The notes under the pieces were generated by a model. The model was not told where the DNA came from. It worked only from the letters and a program-made list of their open reading frames with translations, and made no database searches. A stretch of DNA of 64,000 nucleotides, from the NCBI RefSeq assembly GCF_030028105.1, contig NC_092375.1:33269130-33333129 (forward strand), written 5' to 3'. The DNA comes from Mobula birostris (lineage: Eukaryota). Both the position numbers and the translations under genes were made by a program. This document shows positions 47,596-61,200 of the stretch, in pieces. Numbering within the stretch: the stretch's first letter is position 1; the number at the start of each line of letters is the position of its first letter.

Positions 47596-47699
47596 GCCCC
47601 GGCCAACAGCTATGGTTACCTCATCAAGTAACTGAAGAGAGCACCCCAATGTATGCTGCAAGCAAGTTACCACCCTATTGCCTCCTTTCAGCTTCAAAA

Positions 47700-48625
47700 A
47701 TACCACTGACTGGCTATGAGCATCATTGTCTATTATCAGTGTCAATATAACTTGAAAAAGGGATGAAGTCCTGCAGCATTTATAAGGCATTAGGTATAAG
47801 ATTTAAAAGCTGTATTTCTCAGGTAATAACCTGTGGATTACTTGTGCACAACAGCATTTGGAAAAAGAAGTAGGAGCAGCTGAATGGTAAGAGTGATGAT
47901 ACAAAGTGAGTGCTTTAAATTGATGAGGAATTGGGTCCAATTCAGGGAAAGTGAGTTGCACCTTACTAATGTCATCATGGGCAGATTTGTAGGTTTAAAT
48001 TATCCAGTTATGACAAGCTGAACATTGGTTCAGAAGACAGAAAAGGAGAACTCCAAATGGAAGGCAGAAAACTGGTAAGAGCCAAAAGGCAGGGCAAGGA
48101 AAGTATGAAAAATAAGCACAAAGAAAATAAGTAGGGAGATGCTTAATAATATATGTGAAAATGCAAGACCTATAGCAGATCAGAAAGATGACCTGAAGAT
48201 GCAGGTGGAAATTAGTCAGTTAGGGGTACACCAATGTGAAGGAATACACAATAATTGGAAGGTTACTGATGGACAGAAATACTTTGGGATATATGTCCAC
48301 AGATTCTTGAAGGTAGAAGGACTAGTATATAAAATGATTAGGATAGCGTGTAGGATGCTTTCCTTTGTTAGCTAAGCCATAGAGTACAGAAGCAGAAATA
48401 CTATGTGAGCAGAGAATACAATACTTGTTAAATCACTTGATTACTAAGCACAGTTCTGATCAATGTATTTCTAGGGACTCGCTGTAGAAATTTTTGAGAA
48501 GATTTATGAAGATGCTGCCAGAAGTGAACAGCTTAAGCTGTGGAAAAAAGATTAGAGAGGCTTAGAGTTGTTTTTCCTTGCAACTCAAGAAGCAGCAGTG
48601 AGACTTGATAGAGGTTTATACCCTG
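47700..48625 (+). mobile_element. Very old CR1 fragments
   Basis: FGIYVHRFLKVEG..KMIRIACRMLSFVS..IEYRS pattern. Confidence 0.55.
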
Positions 48626-49055
48626 CAGATTTGTCAAACTTCCTACCCTTTAAGACATCCAACATCTCCTCAACTCTAAGGTGGACCATCTCTATAATTT
48701 TCCTGTTTGTGAAATCTTCATATCTTTCTCCACAGTAAAAATGGAGGCGGATCTTAATCAGCTCCTGCAAGGGCCCTTTGGTTTTTGTGGGGCCCTATTC
48801 GCTACCTAGTTACTTTTTTCCCTTTAATATTTGTAAAATATCTTTGGATTTCCTTAATTTTCTCTGCCAAAGTTATCTCATGCCCCTTTTCATCCTCTAT
48901 GCTTCCTTCTTCAGTACACTTCTGATCCCTTGTACTCCTCCAGGGATTTACTTGATCCTATGTGACCAATACCACCTTTATCCTTGCCATGGCCTCAATA
49001 TCCCTCGTCATTCAGGGTGTCCTATTCCTACCATCCTTGTTCTTCACTCTAACAC
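48625..49055 (-). mobile_element. Old CR1 ORF2 fragment
   Basis: EEMLDVLKGRKFDKSAG motif. Confidence 0.6.
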
Positions 49056-49059
49056 ATGA

Positions 49060-50200
49060 TTGAGCATTTGAGACTGGCGAGATGAATTTGCCATCTGCTG
49101 TAGACTCTTGCGCAGGCTGTTAACTCAGATTGTGGACTCAGTTCTGACTTGTGAATTGTAAAAGTTGAAAATAGTTCACAGGAGCAAAGCCCTGCTGTAA
49201 CCTTGGGGAGGACTTGTTGATCATAATTTCTTCTGATTGTAAAGCTGAAAGTTGGGTGGATGGTGGCTTCCTTTCCGCATACTTTATGTATAACCCCAGC
49301 CAAAGGATTGCTTATCAGATGATGAAGAGATTGTTGAAGTCAATGTGGTTTCTTGCTTGATCAACTTATCTGTGAAGTCAGTATATCCGATACCGGAATG
49401 TCAAGTTGCACACATGCATTGTCAGCATCTGTGTTGGGAAGATGCTCAGTCTCTGCCTTAAGAAGCAACAGTTACTATTTTCTTGTTAGGTTTGCAACAA
49501 CATGAAACACCCCTGAACGGGTACTTAACCTATTACCTAGGAAGTCCTGAAAGTAGAGGATGTCTGCGATTGGAATCCACTACAGTGAAAGAGTATTTTC
49601 TTGATGGAAAACATACAGTTCATGGGTTGCCATCCTCCACACTCGTCACTATCACCCTGATAATGTTGCAGATGCTTTGGACACTTGCTCCAGTGGCAGT
49701 TAGGACTTCTGTGATGGAGCAAGCTGCATAAGGGTTTGAGATGAGTCACAATACACAAATCACCAGAGAACAGGGGAGAATATGTAGCTAATATTGCCCG
49801 TGCCCTGATGGTCATTCTTGGGTGGCTGCATCAAGCTATGTATACAGCTGAAGTATGCAGACACTACACACTGAGGTTGTACCCATCCCGGTTTTGAAAA
49901 GGATAGATTTGGCCTCTTTGTTGTGCTACGTTTCATTCTGTTCGTCTTTGCCACGCTAACTTAAGCAAAATATCTTTGACCACGAGTCTGGCTGGTATCA
50001 GTCAGGATGGAACACGCTGAATGAAGCCTGTTGCAGTCAATGCAAATACTTTGTGGTGGAGAATTGTAGCCTAAGATCCTGCTGCCATAAGATACAGAGG
50101 GGTTGGGTCTGTTATTCAGGCCCTGCAACACATGAAGGATGTATTATCCAAACAGACCACTGGAGTGGCATTGGTACTTCGTATATAGTACATATAGCTT
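49060..50200 (+). mobile_element. Possible highly decayed RTE-type LINE
   Basis: Scattered remnants in the expected order (SDCG, ..VAD, EQAA.., IKLCI, VVPI); no continuous frame. Confidence 0.3.
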
Positions 50201-50289
50201 AAGTTGATGACACTACAAATGTCTAGAATTGAAAATGCACTGTAGACTGGACAACACAATGAATGTCAAAAAGTCATGCACTTTTTTAT

Positions 50290-50490
50290 TTCTAGAATAA
50301 GCGTTATTGTTAGAAATGCTCAGCAAATCAGGCAGTATCTGTGGAATGAGAAACAGAATCATTATTTCAGTTAAGGATCCTACATCAGAAGGATTTCTTT
50401 CCACACATTACCTGTCCTGCTATACGTTTCCAGCATTTGTTTTCTTGTCTTTACTTCACATTTTCAGTATCTGCAGCGCTTTGATTTGAC
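50290..50490. repeat. Old inverted pair of Penelope-like terminal repeat remnants
   Basis: gaaatgctcagcaaatcaggcagtatct... followed by tttccagcatttg..ttcagtatctgcag. Confidence 0.5.
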
Positions 50491-50777
50491 GTCTCAGCTC
50501 ATACCCTTTGGATGAAGATCCTCCATCTAAAATATTAGCCTATTGCTATGTTGTCATCTATATCAAAGATTCAGTGGTGGCTGGTCAGGTCCAGCCTCTG
50601 GGGCTGAGTTGGACTATGGCCAGTCACTGCGAGGGATTCTTTAGAAAGGGCAAATAAAAAATATGGTGGCCTAAGTGGAACAGCCATTCTTGGAGAGATC
50701 ATTGTTGTGTGGAGCCAGTGTTAGAGTGGCTTTTGCTCATCGATTTGAGCAAGGTACTATAAGTATCTGATAACGTT

Positions 50778-52970
50778 AGGACACTCAAAGCTGCTATGCA
50801 GGTTGTCTCTGTGGTTAAGAAGGCATACGGTGCATTGGCCTTCATCAATCAATAGACAATAGACAAGAGGTGCAGGAGTAGGCCATTTGGCCCTTCGAGC
50901 CAGCACCACCATTCACTGTGATCATGGCTGATCATCCACTATCAGTATCCAATTCCTGCCTTATCCCCATAACTTTTGATTCCGCTATCTTTAAGAGCTC
51001 TATCCATCTCTTTCTTGAAAGCATCCAGAGACTTGGCCTCCACAGCCTTCTGGGACACAGCATTCCATATATCCACCACTCTCTGGGTGAAAAAGTTTTT
51101 CCTCAACTCTGTTCTAAATGGCTTACCCCTTATTCTTAAACTGTGGCCTCTGGTTCTGGACTCACCCATCAGCGGGAACATGCTTCCTTCCTCCAGCGTG
51201 TCCAATCCCTTAATAATCTTATATGTTTCAATAAAATCCCCTCTCAGCCTTCTAAATTCCAGAGTGTACAAGCCCAGTCGCTCCAATCTTTCGACATATG
51301 ACAGTCCCGGTTAATATGAATTAACCTTGTGAACCTACACTGCACTCCCTCAATAACAAGAACGCCCTTCCTCAAATTTGGAGACCAAAACTGCACACAG
51401 TACTCCAGGTGTGGTCTCACCAGGACCCTGTACAGCTGCAGAAGGATCTCTTTGCTCTTATACTCAATTCCCCTTGTTTGTGAAGGCTAGCATGCCATTA
51501 GCTTTCTTCACTGCCTGCTGTACTTGCATGCTTGCTTTCAGTGACTGATGTACAAGAACACCTAGATCTCGTTGTACTTCTCCTTTTCCTAACGACTCCA
51601 TTTAGATAATAATCTACCTTCCTGTTCTTACCACCAAAGTGGATAAGCTCACATTTATCCACATTAAACTGCATCTGCCATGCATCTGCCCACTCACCCA
51701 GCCTGTCCAAGTCACCCTGCATTCTCGTAACATCCTCCTCACATTTCACACTGCCACCCAGCTTTGTGTCATCGGCAAATTCGCTAATTTTACTTTTAAT
51801 TCCCTCTTGTAAGCCATTAATATATATTGTAAACAGCTGCGGTCCCAGCACTGAACCCTGCGGTACCCCACTGGTCACCGCCTGCCATTCCAAAAGGAAC
51901 CGGTTAATCGCTACCGCTTGTTTTCTGTCAGCCAGCCAATTTTCAGTCCTTGTCAGTACTCTGCCTCCAATACCATGTGCCCTAATTTTACCCACTATTC
52001 TTCTATGTGGGACTTTATCAAAAGCTTTCTGAAAGTCCAGGTACACTACATCCACTGGCCCTCCCTTGTCCATTTTCATAGTTACATCCTCAAAAAATTC
52101 CAGAAGATTAGTCAAGCACAATTTCCCCTTCGTAAATCCATGCTGACTCGGACGGATCCTGTTATTGCTATCCAGATGTGTTGTAATTTCATCTTTATAA
52201 TTGACTCCAGCATCTTTCCCGCCACCAACGTCAGGCTAACCGGTCTATAATTCCCTGATTTCTCTCTTCCTCCCTTCTTGAAGAGAGGGACAACATTAGC
52301 CACCCTCCAATCCACAGGAACTGATCCTGAATCTATAGAACATTGGAAAATGATTACCAATCGTGGGATTGAGTTCAAGAGCCGAGAGGTAATGTTGCAG
52401 CTATTTAGGACCCTGGCCAGACCCCACTTGAGTACTGTGCTCAATTCTAGTTGCCTCGCTATAGGAAGGACGTGAAAACCATAGAAAGGGTGCAGAGAAG
52501 ATTTACAAGGATATTGCCTGGATTGGGGAACATGCCTTATGAGAATAGGTTGAGTGAACTCGGCCTCTTCTCCTTGGAGTGATGGAGGATGAGAGGTGAC
52601 TTGATAGAGTTGTACAAGATAATGAGAGGTATTGATCATGTGGATAGTCAGAGGCTTTTCCCCAAGGCTGAATTGGCTAGCACGACAGGGCATAGTTTTA
52701 AGGTTCTTGGAAGTAGGTACAGAGATGTCAGGGGTAAGTTTTTTGCGCAGTGAGTGGTGAGTGCGTGGAATGGGCTGCCGGCGGCGGTGGTGGTGGAGGT
52801 GGAAACGATAAGGTCTTTTAAGACACTACTGGATGGCTACATGGAGCTTAGAAAAATAGAGGGCTATGGGTAAAGCCCAGGTAGTTCTAAGGTAGGGACA
52901 TTTTCGGCACAGTTTTGTGGGCCAAAGGGCCTGTATTGTGCTGTATGTTTGCTATGTTTCTATGTTTCTC
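50778..52970 (+). mobile_element. CR1 3' part (same family as 16725) split by an antisense CR1
   Basis: 50778-50850 and 52358-52970 join to match 17154-17833. Confidence 0.9.
50851..52357 (-). mobile_element. 5'-truncated CR1 LINE
   Basis: GNYRPVSLT, YLDFQKAFDKVPH, FADDTK; (TCTATTG)n tail; TSD CAATC at 50846-50 and 52358-62. Confidence 0.95.
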
Positions 52971-52999
52971 TTTTTCTGTTTTATTCATAAAAGTGTAGT

Positions 53000-55890
53000 G
53001 AGAATGGCTCTGGGGCAATGTTTTGTTCTGTATGTGAGATGTGAGGATTATGGGAGACCTCCAGCTTCCTGGATAGCCACATTTACACCAGGTACGCTGA
53101 GCTGCAGCTCCTCAGAGAATGAATTAAGGAACTGGGGCTGCAGCTCAATGATATCTGGCTCATAGAGGAGAAAGAGAAAGTGATAGATAGGAGCTACATG
53201 GCTGACAAGGGATATCAAAGCCAACATAAAATCAAAAGAGAGGTAGCATAATAGGACAAAAATTAATGGGAAGTTAGAGGATTGGGAAGCTTTTAGAAAC
53301 CAACAGAAGGCAACTAAAAAGTCATAAAGAAGGAAGAGATGGAATATGGAAATAAGCTAGCCAATAATATTAAAGAGGATACCAAAAGTTTCTTCAGAAA
53401 TATAAAGAGTAAAAGAAAGACGAGAGTAGATATTGGAACACTTGAAAATGATGCTGGAGAGGTAGTAATGGGGGGGGGGACAAGGAAATGATGGATGAAT
53501 TGACTAAGTATTTTGGGACTGTCTTCACTGTGGAAGACACTAGCAGTATGGTGGAAGTTCCAGAGTGTCAGGGGACAAAGTGAGTTCAGTTGCTATTACT
53601 AGAGAGAAGATCCTTGGGAAGGTGAAAGGTCTGAAAGTAAATAAGACACCAGGACCAGATGGTCTACTGAAGAAATTGTGGAGGCATTAGTAATGCTCTT
53701 TCAAGAATCACTAGATACTGGCATGGTTCTGGAGGACTGGAAAATTGCAAATGTCATCCTACTCCTCAAGAAGGGAGAAAGGCAGAAGAAAGGAAATTAT
53801 GGGCCAGTTACTCTGACCTCAGTGGTTGAGAAGATGTTGGAGTCCTTGGAGGTAGATGATAAAATCGGCCAAAGTTAGCATGGTTTCCTTAAGAGAAAAT
53901 CTTGCTGACAAATTTGTTAGAACTCTTTGAAGAAATAACAAGCAGGATAGGCAAAGGAGAATTGGTTGATGTTGTGTACTTGTACTTTCAGAAGGCTTTT
54001 GACAAGGTGCCACACATGAGCCTGCTTAACAACTTAAAAACCCATGGTGTTACAGGAAGAATACTAGCATGGATTGAGCATTGGCAGGAAGCAAAGAATG
54101 GGAATAAAGGGAGCCTTTTCTGGTTGGTTACCAGTGAATAGTGATGATTCACAGGTATCTGTGTTGGGAGCACTTCTTTATAAATTATATGTCAATGATT
54201 TGGATGAAAGAATTGATGGGCTTGTGGCCAGGTTTTCAGATGATACATGCATAGGTGGAGGTGGAGGTTTGAGGAAGCAGGGATGCTACAAAAGGACTTT
54301 GACAGATTAGGAGAATGGGCAAAGAAGTGGCAGATAGAATATAGTGTCGGGAAGTGTATGGTCATGCACTTTGGTAGAAGAAATAAAAGTGTAACACAAA
54401 CTATTTTCTAAATAGAGAGAAAATTCAAAAAATCTGAGCTGCAGAGGGACTTGGGAGTCCCGTGCAGGATTCCCAAAGGTTAATTTGCAGTTTGAATCTG
54501 TGGTGAGGAAGGCAAATGCAATGTTAGCATTAATTTCGAGAGGTTTAGAATATAAAAGCAAGGATGTAATGTTAAGACCTTTTAAGGCACTGATGAGGCC
54601 TCATTTGGTGTATTGTGAACAATTATACTTTCTACTTTATACTGTCACCAAACAATTGATGCTAGAATGTACAATCATCGCAGCAATATTTGATTCTGCG
54701 CTTCCCGCTCCCTGAATTACAAATATTAAATATTTAAAATATTAAAAATAGTAAAATGTAGTAAATATTAAAAATTTAAATTATAAATCATAAATAGAAA
54801 ATAGAAAATAAAGTAGTGCAAAAAAACCAAGAGGCAGGTCCGGATGTTTGGAGGGTATGGCCCAGATCCGGGTCAGGATCCTTTCAGCAGTCTTATCACA
54901 GTTGGAAAGAAGCTGTTCCCGAATCTGGCCATATGAGTCTTCAAGCTCCTGAGCCTTCTCCCGGAGGGAAGAGGGACAAAAAGTGTGTTGGCTGGGTGAG
55001 TCGTGTCCTTGATTATCCTGGCAGCACTGCTCCGAAGGCGTGCGGTGTAAAGTGAGTCCAAGGATGGAAGATTGGTTTGTGTGATGTGCTACGCCATGTT
55101 TATGATCTTTTGCAGCTTCTTTTGGTCTTGGACAGGACAATTTCCATACCAGGTTGTGACGCACCCTAGAAGAATGCTTTCTACAGTGCATCTATAAAAA
55201 TTAGTGAGGGTTTTAGGGGACAGGCCAAATTTCTTTAGCTTTCTCAGGAAATAAAGGCGCTGGTGGGCCTTCTTGGCAGTGAACTCTGCTTGGTTGGACC
55301 AAGTCAGGTCATTTGTGATATTGACTCCGAGGAACTTAAAGCTTTTGACCTGTTCCACTTGCGCACCACTGATGTAAATTGGGTCGTGCGGTCCGCTACT
55401 CCTTCTGAAGTCAACAACCAATTCCTTCGTCTTGCTGACGTTGAGGGATAGGTTATCGTCTTCGCACCATGCTACCAGGTTCTTAATTTCCTCTCTGTAC
55501 TCAAACTCATCGTTACCCGAGATACGGCCTACAATTGTTGTGTCATCAGCAAACTTATAGTTTGGGCCCCTATCCAAGAAAGGAGGTGATAACATTGGAG
55601 AGAGTTCAATGGACGTTTAAGAAAATGATTCTGGGATTGAAATGGTTATTATATGAACAACATTTGATAGCTCTGAGCCTGTACCCACTGGAATTCAGAC
55701 AAATGAGGGGAGATCTCACTGAAACACATGGTATATTGAAAGGCCTCGACAGAGTAGATTTGAAGAGGATGTTCCTTATGGTGGGTGAGCCTAAGACCAG
55801 AGGATACAGCCTCAGAACACAGGGATGTCCACTTAGAATAGAGATGAGGAAGAATTTCTTTAGCCAGAGAGCGGTGAATCTGCTGAATGT
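53000..55890 (+). mobile_element. Decayed CR1 (ORF1 piece, ORF2) split by a Rex LINE
   Basis: EDWKIANV, YFQKAFDKVPH, RFSDDT, MRPHLVYCEQ|FGPL.., resumes at 55559. Confidence 0.88.
54622..55558 (-). mobile_element. Young Rex1/Babar-type LINE, near-identical to 45298-46240
   Basis: YKFADDTTIVGRISGND..; same 3' UTR and tail. Confidence 0.94.
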
Positions 55891-56184
55891 TTAGTAAAGT
55901 GAAGTTAGTTATGGACTGTTATTGTGAAAGTGTGTTTATATGAATATGGTCTGTTAAAGGGAAATTAAATGAAGAAGGGGGAAGTGTAATGTAAGGGTCT
56001 ATTTCTTTTTGCACAATGACTCCCCTTAGCACTAATTATTGAATGATAACTACACATGTGCAGTGATCCGTTGTTCTCTCTGCAAAGTGAATATACACAT
56101 AAACTTCTCCAAGTGTGTGCTTTTATTTTTTTTTGATATGTAGTTGTACAGACACAACACTATCTGTGCCCCCATATAATTGTA

Positions 56185-56342
56185 TAAACCTTTATCAGAT
56201 TTCCTTTCATCTGTGACAACAGAATCCAAGTGTGTCCCACCTCCCCTTATTTTAACCCAGGCAGCATCGAGGTGCATCTCTTCTGTACCCTCTCCAAAGC
56301 CTCCACAATCTTCCTGTAATGGGGCAGCCAGAACATGACACA
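56185..56342 (-). mobile_element. Old CR1 fragment
   Basis: Revcomp FWLPHYRKIVEALERVQKRCTSMLPG. Confidence 0.6.
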
Positions 56343-56500
56343 AAGTATTTTCAGCATTTTCTGCATTTGCTGCTTTATGGAACAGAGCCTGTTTTAAACT
56401 TCAAACACAGGGGAGGATGATAAACTGTCCTAAAATGAAATTGCTGTCCATACCACAGAGTCAAACGGTACAGAAACAGACACTTAGCCTTGTCCACGTG

Positions 56501-58242
56501 TGTAGTATATTTAATATATCAGTAATATCTGAGTAATATTGTAAATATATTGTTTGATTAAACATTCTTTGTTCACATAATTCATTAGTAAAAGAACATG
56601 AATGACATATGTCATTACGCCACCACATCAATGTGAGACCCTTGCTAAAGTAAAATGAAGTTGACATGTTTTTCCAGGCTCCTGTGTTTTTCTTTGCAAG
56701 GGGAGAGAGACACTCAAGTTCTTTTTTTTAAAAAAAGCACAGCATGCATTTCTTCAGAAAAGAAGAGAGACATTTGAGCTAATGAAGGGCAGAAAATGGA
56801 TGAAGTCCTCAGGTTTATAAACAGTGAATACTGGGTAATAAAAATATTAAATAACAGAAATGGCTGGTTACATTGAAAAGGTAGACAGGTTTGATTGTAT
56901 AACAGGTAATTGGGTGATGTATACTGCATGAATTGAGCAGTATTTTGAAATAGCCAATACAAAATGAGTGCAAGTGTTGCTGAGTATCATAGGTGGAAAA
57001 GCTTAGAGGTTTAACTGTGCCAACCACACCAGTCGAAATGAGCTTTGCTGATATCGTGAACAGATTGAAGGAACATTTAGAACCAAGACCATTGTTGATT
57101 TAGAATGCTTTAGGTTTCATAAGCAGAATCAATAGGAAGGAGAATGTATTTCAGCTTACATGGCTGAGTTGAAGAGATTGTCCGAGCATTGCCTGTTCAG
57201 TAATGGGCTTAATGATGCACTGACAGATTGTTTAGTTTGTGCAATCTTACAAGAAAACATTCAAAAATGGCTCCTAACTGAAGCACAACTCACATTTACA
57301 AGAGCAGTTGAAATTACTGTATCAATGAAAACAGCAGTCAGAGTCGCAAGTGAGTTGTAGTCGGGAATGAAATTGAGCTTGAACAAAATTGCAACATCTT
57401 AACAGAAACCTGCATGGGGCAGGGGCACAATTACACCAGACCAATGCAAGTTTAAAGGCGAAACTTGGAGAAAATGCAACAAATTAGGACATATTCAAAG
57501 AGCATGTCAGGCAGACAAAAATAGACAGCACAGGGAAGAGAGGAAGATGAAAAAGTCGATTTGCAGTTTCAAGAAGAGCACTAATCTGCCTGCTTTTGAT
57601 GAATGATGAGTGTGACATAGGGCTGAGTAGCCTTAAGATTTACAATGTGAAAACTAATAGGAGACAAGCAATATGGTTTACACCAGAAGTGAACGGCACA
57701 TTAATTGAAATGGAAATGGACACTGTCTCAGCTGCTTCAGTCATTCCACAAAATGAGTTTCAAAGATACTGAACTGAAGCCTGCAGATTTCCAACTTATA
57801 CTGGAGAAAAGCTAACTTCAGTGGAAATGGAATTCGTAACAATGAAATACAACAACCAACAAGCCACATAAGGCTTCGAAGTGGTAAAAGTAGAAGGGCC
57901 AGCATTGTGGGGCTGTGATTAGCGGAGACAACTACAACTTGATTGGAGATCCATACACAATTTGCATGCCACACCCCCATAGCGGTGTTCAAGGATGGCA
58001 TTGGAAAATACAAACATATCAAATGTAAAATAGATTTAAATGAAAATGCTACACTCAAGTTTTACAAAGTCTGTCTAGTTCCTTATACCATCCATGATAA
58101 AGTAGCCAATGAGCTAGATCGTATGGAGGCTGAAGGAATTCTTTCCAAGGATGAGTGGAGCCCCTGGGTAATGCCAGCAGTCCCAGTCGCCAAAAGGAAT
58201 GGGTCTGTTATGGTCTGTCATGATTTTAAGGTCACCATCAAC
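56501..58242 (+). mobile_element. Gypsy LTR retrotransposon (Mag-like) 5' part: LTR remnant, gag, protease, start of RT
   Basis: IEQYF..AN, FRFHKQNQ.EGE.ISAYMAELKRLSEHC.F, CX2C-type knuckle remnants, MEMDT, LDRMEAEGIL..SPW..PAVPVAKRNGSV.VC.DFK. Confidence 0.85.
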
Positions 58243-61200
58243 TTTTCCTCTGAGCCGCACCCTTTCTAGTCAACCAGGTACTATGATGACATGAATCCAT
58301 CAACCAGTGATCCGTGTACACTGGACCACCTTCCAACATCCTGGATTCTGGAGATGCAGGTTCAGATGGATTGGTTGGTCTATGGACAACAGGCTTGAGG
58401 CAGGACACTCAATGTGATCCTGAGCAACATTGGCAGCTGGAGATGATAAGTGACTGGACTGATGTGTTGGGTGATCTTGAAGGGACTGATGAAACAGGAC
58501 ACGAGCTTGTGGGAGTCCGTGCACAGGTATAGATATCAGGTGGGCAGCCAGGCACTGTCTTCAGGCCAGAGTAGTCTGGCTGGGCACCAGTTGTGGTTGA
58601 CCTGGCAACTGTAGGCATAGTCGGCAGCTAAGATGGCCCTCCTTGCCCTCTTTCAAGTATTCCAGCATCGGCAAACCAGGACCCTGGTAAATGGGACCTC
58701 CACAGTTTGCTCCTCCATAGGGTACCTCGGGGATTGGAAGGAACAAAGGATGGAAGAGGAGGTGTAGATTGTGGGACAATTCTGCCCAAAGCAGATATTT
58801 CTTCCATGTGGAAGTGTTAGAGGCAGCAAAGCATCGTAAAAACTTCTCCACTTGCTGATTGGCTCTTTCCGACTGACTATTGGCCTGCTGATGATAGCCA
58901 GAGGACAAACTCACTGAAATGAGGAAGAGGGAGCAGAAGGCATACCAGAAGCGGGAGAGGAAGTTTATGCCCCGGTCTTTCACAATGTCCCGAGGGAAAC
59001 TTTGGAGGTAAACTACATGTTGGAGAACCAGATCCACCATCTTAGAAGCTGATGAAAGTTTGGAGATGGCAATGAAGTGGGCAGCCTTGGAGAACTGATC
59101 CAACAATATCATGATCACCCAACAAAAGGTGGCAAATATGTGATGGAATTTATAGCAATGTAGGACCACAGGCATCAAGGGATTTGGTAGAAGCCGTGGG
59201 ACCCAAAGGGCTGCTGGTTGGAAGAATTGGATTGGGCACAAACTGATGTACATTTGTGATCATTGTGGGCCACCAGAACAAGTGTTGCAGTAAATCCAGG
59301 GATTGTTTTGCACCTGGATGGCCAGAGAAGAGTCAGGAGTGAGCCCACTGGATTGCTTCAGAGAGCACAATGGCCAGCACATACGTTAACTGTGTCAGCT
59401 AGAGCAGGCTCATACTGTAGGGCCTGATGTATCGATTTCCCAAGCTCCCAGATGATTGGAGTGAGGATCTTTGAAGATGGAATGAGGGGCTGAGGGTCAA
59501 TCTTCATTTCTGCTGGATTGAACTGTCATGACAGTTCAGGACTCAGAACTCAGAACTAGGCAGAACTCAGCATGCTTTCCTTAAAGGAAAATCCTGCCTG
59601 ACAAACCTATTACAATTTTTTGAGGAAATTACAAGTAGGCTAGACAAGGGAGATGCAGTGGATGTTGTATATTTGGATTTTCAGAAGGCCTTTGGCAAGG
59701 TGCCACACATGAGGCTACTTTACAAGAGCCCATGGAATTATGGGAAAGTTACATATGTGGATAGAACATTGGCTGATTGGCAGGAAACAGAGAGTGGGAA
59801 TAAAGGGATCCTATTCTGGTTGGCTGCCGGTTACCAGTGGTGTTCCACAGGGGTCCGTGTTGGGGCCGCTCTTTTTACGTTGTACATCAACGATTATGGA
59901 ATAGATGGCTTTGTGGCTACGTTTGCTGATGATACGAAGATAGATGGAGGGGCCGGTAGTGCTGAGGAAACAGAAAGTTTGCCGAGAGACTTGGATAGAT
60001 TGGAAGAATGGGCAAAGAAGTGGCAAATGAAATACAATGTTGGAAATTGTATGGTTATGCACTTTGGCAGAAGAAATAAATGGGCAGACTATTATTTAAA
60101 TGGGGAGAGAACTCAAAGTTCTGAGATGCAACGGGACTTGTGAGTCCTCATGCAGGATACACTTAAAGGTTAACCTCCAGGTTGAGTCGGTGGTAAAGAA
60201 GGCAAATGCAATGTTGGCATTCATTTCTAGAGGAATAGAGTATAGGAGCAGGGATGTGATGTTTATGCTCTGTAAGGTGCTGGTGAGACCTCACTTGGAG
60301 TACTGTGGGCAGTTTTGGTCTCCTTATTTAAGAAAGGATGTGCTGATGTTGGAGAGGGTACAGAGAAGATTCACTAGAATGATTCCAGGAATGAGAGGAT
60401 TAACATATGAGGATCATTTGTCCGCTCTTAGACTGTACTCTTTGGAGCTTAGAAGAATGAGGGGGGACCTCATAGAAACATTTCGAATGTTGAAAGGCAT
60501 GAACAGAGTGGATGTGGCAAAGTTGTTTCCCATGATGGGGGAGTCTAGTACGAGAGGGCATGACTTAAGGGTTGATGGGCGCCCATTCAGAACAGAGATG
60601 CTAAGAATTTTTTTTAGCCAGAGGGTGGTGAATCTGTGGAATTTGTTGCCACGGGCAGCATTGGAGGCCAAATCACTGTATGTATTTAAGGCAGAGATTG
60701 ATAGGTATCTGAGTAGCCAGGGCATCAAAGGTTATGGTGAGAAGGCCGGGGAGTGGGACTAAATAGGAGAATGGATCAGCTCATGATAAAATGGCAGAGC
60801 AGACTTGATGGGCCGAATGGCCGACTTCTGCTCTTTTGTCTTATGGTCTTATGGACAGGGTGTCTTGGAGCTGGTTCAGTAGGAGATAGTGAAGTTGAAT
60901 TGCTCGAAGAGGACAAGTGAGCTTGATGTGGGTTGAGTTGGTGGGTCTGTTGTATGGATATGAAGTTCTGGTGGTTAGTCCAGATCAGGAAGAGTTCGGT
61001 GTTTCCCAATAGCCAACATCTCCTTTCCTCCAAGGCCTATTTAATGGCGACTTATTCCATCTCCTACTCTACAACAGCGGTGTGTGGGATTGAACTTGTG
61101 CGAGAAGGCAGCACAGGGTGTATCTTCTCATCCAATCTTCGACGGGAGAGGATGGCCCCAGTGCCCACATCAGGTGCATCCACCTCTACCACAAAATGTA

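Larger units (their letters stand above)
44775..47660 (+). mobile_element. Hero-type (R2/NeSL group, RLE-encoding) non-LTR retrotransposon, 5'-truncated, decayed, twice interrupted
   Basis: DSGLPGKFQTWLYQRGLLPRLLW..RWLEIP..GLY..LRLPLSSV; zinc knuckle CKL..GSLTHILSG..AL..YRW.H; RLE-like DIVLWS..ELTVPWEE..EAHERK. Frame restored by removing the two insertions. Confidence 0.85.

Noticed and set aside
58480-59060. Additional CTGATGA matches as hammerheads
   Set aside because: They lie in Gypsy coding remnants without the flanking stems.
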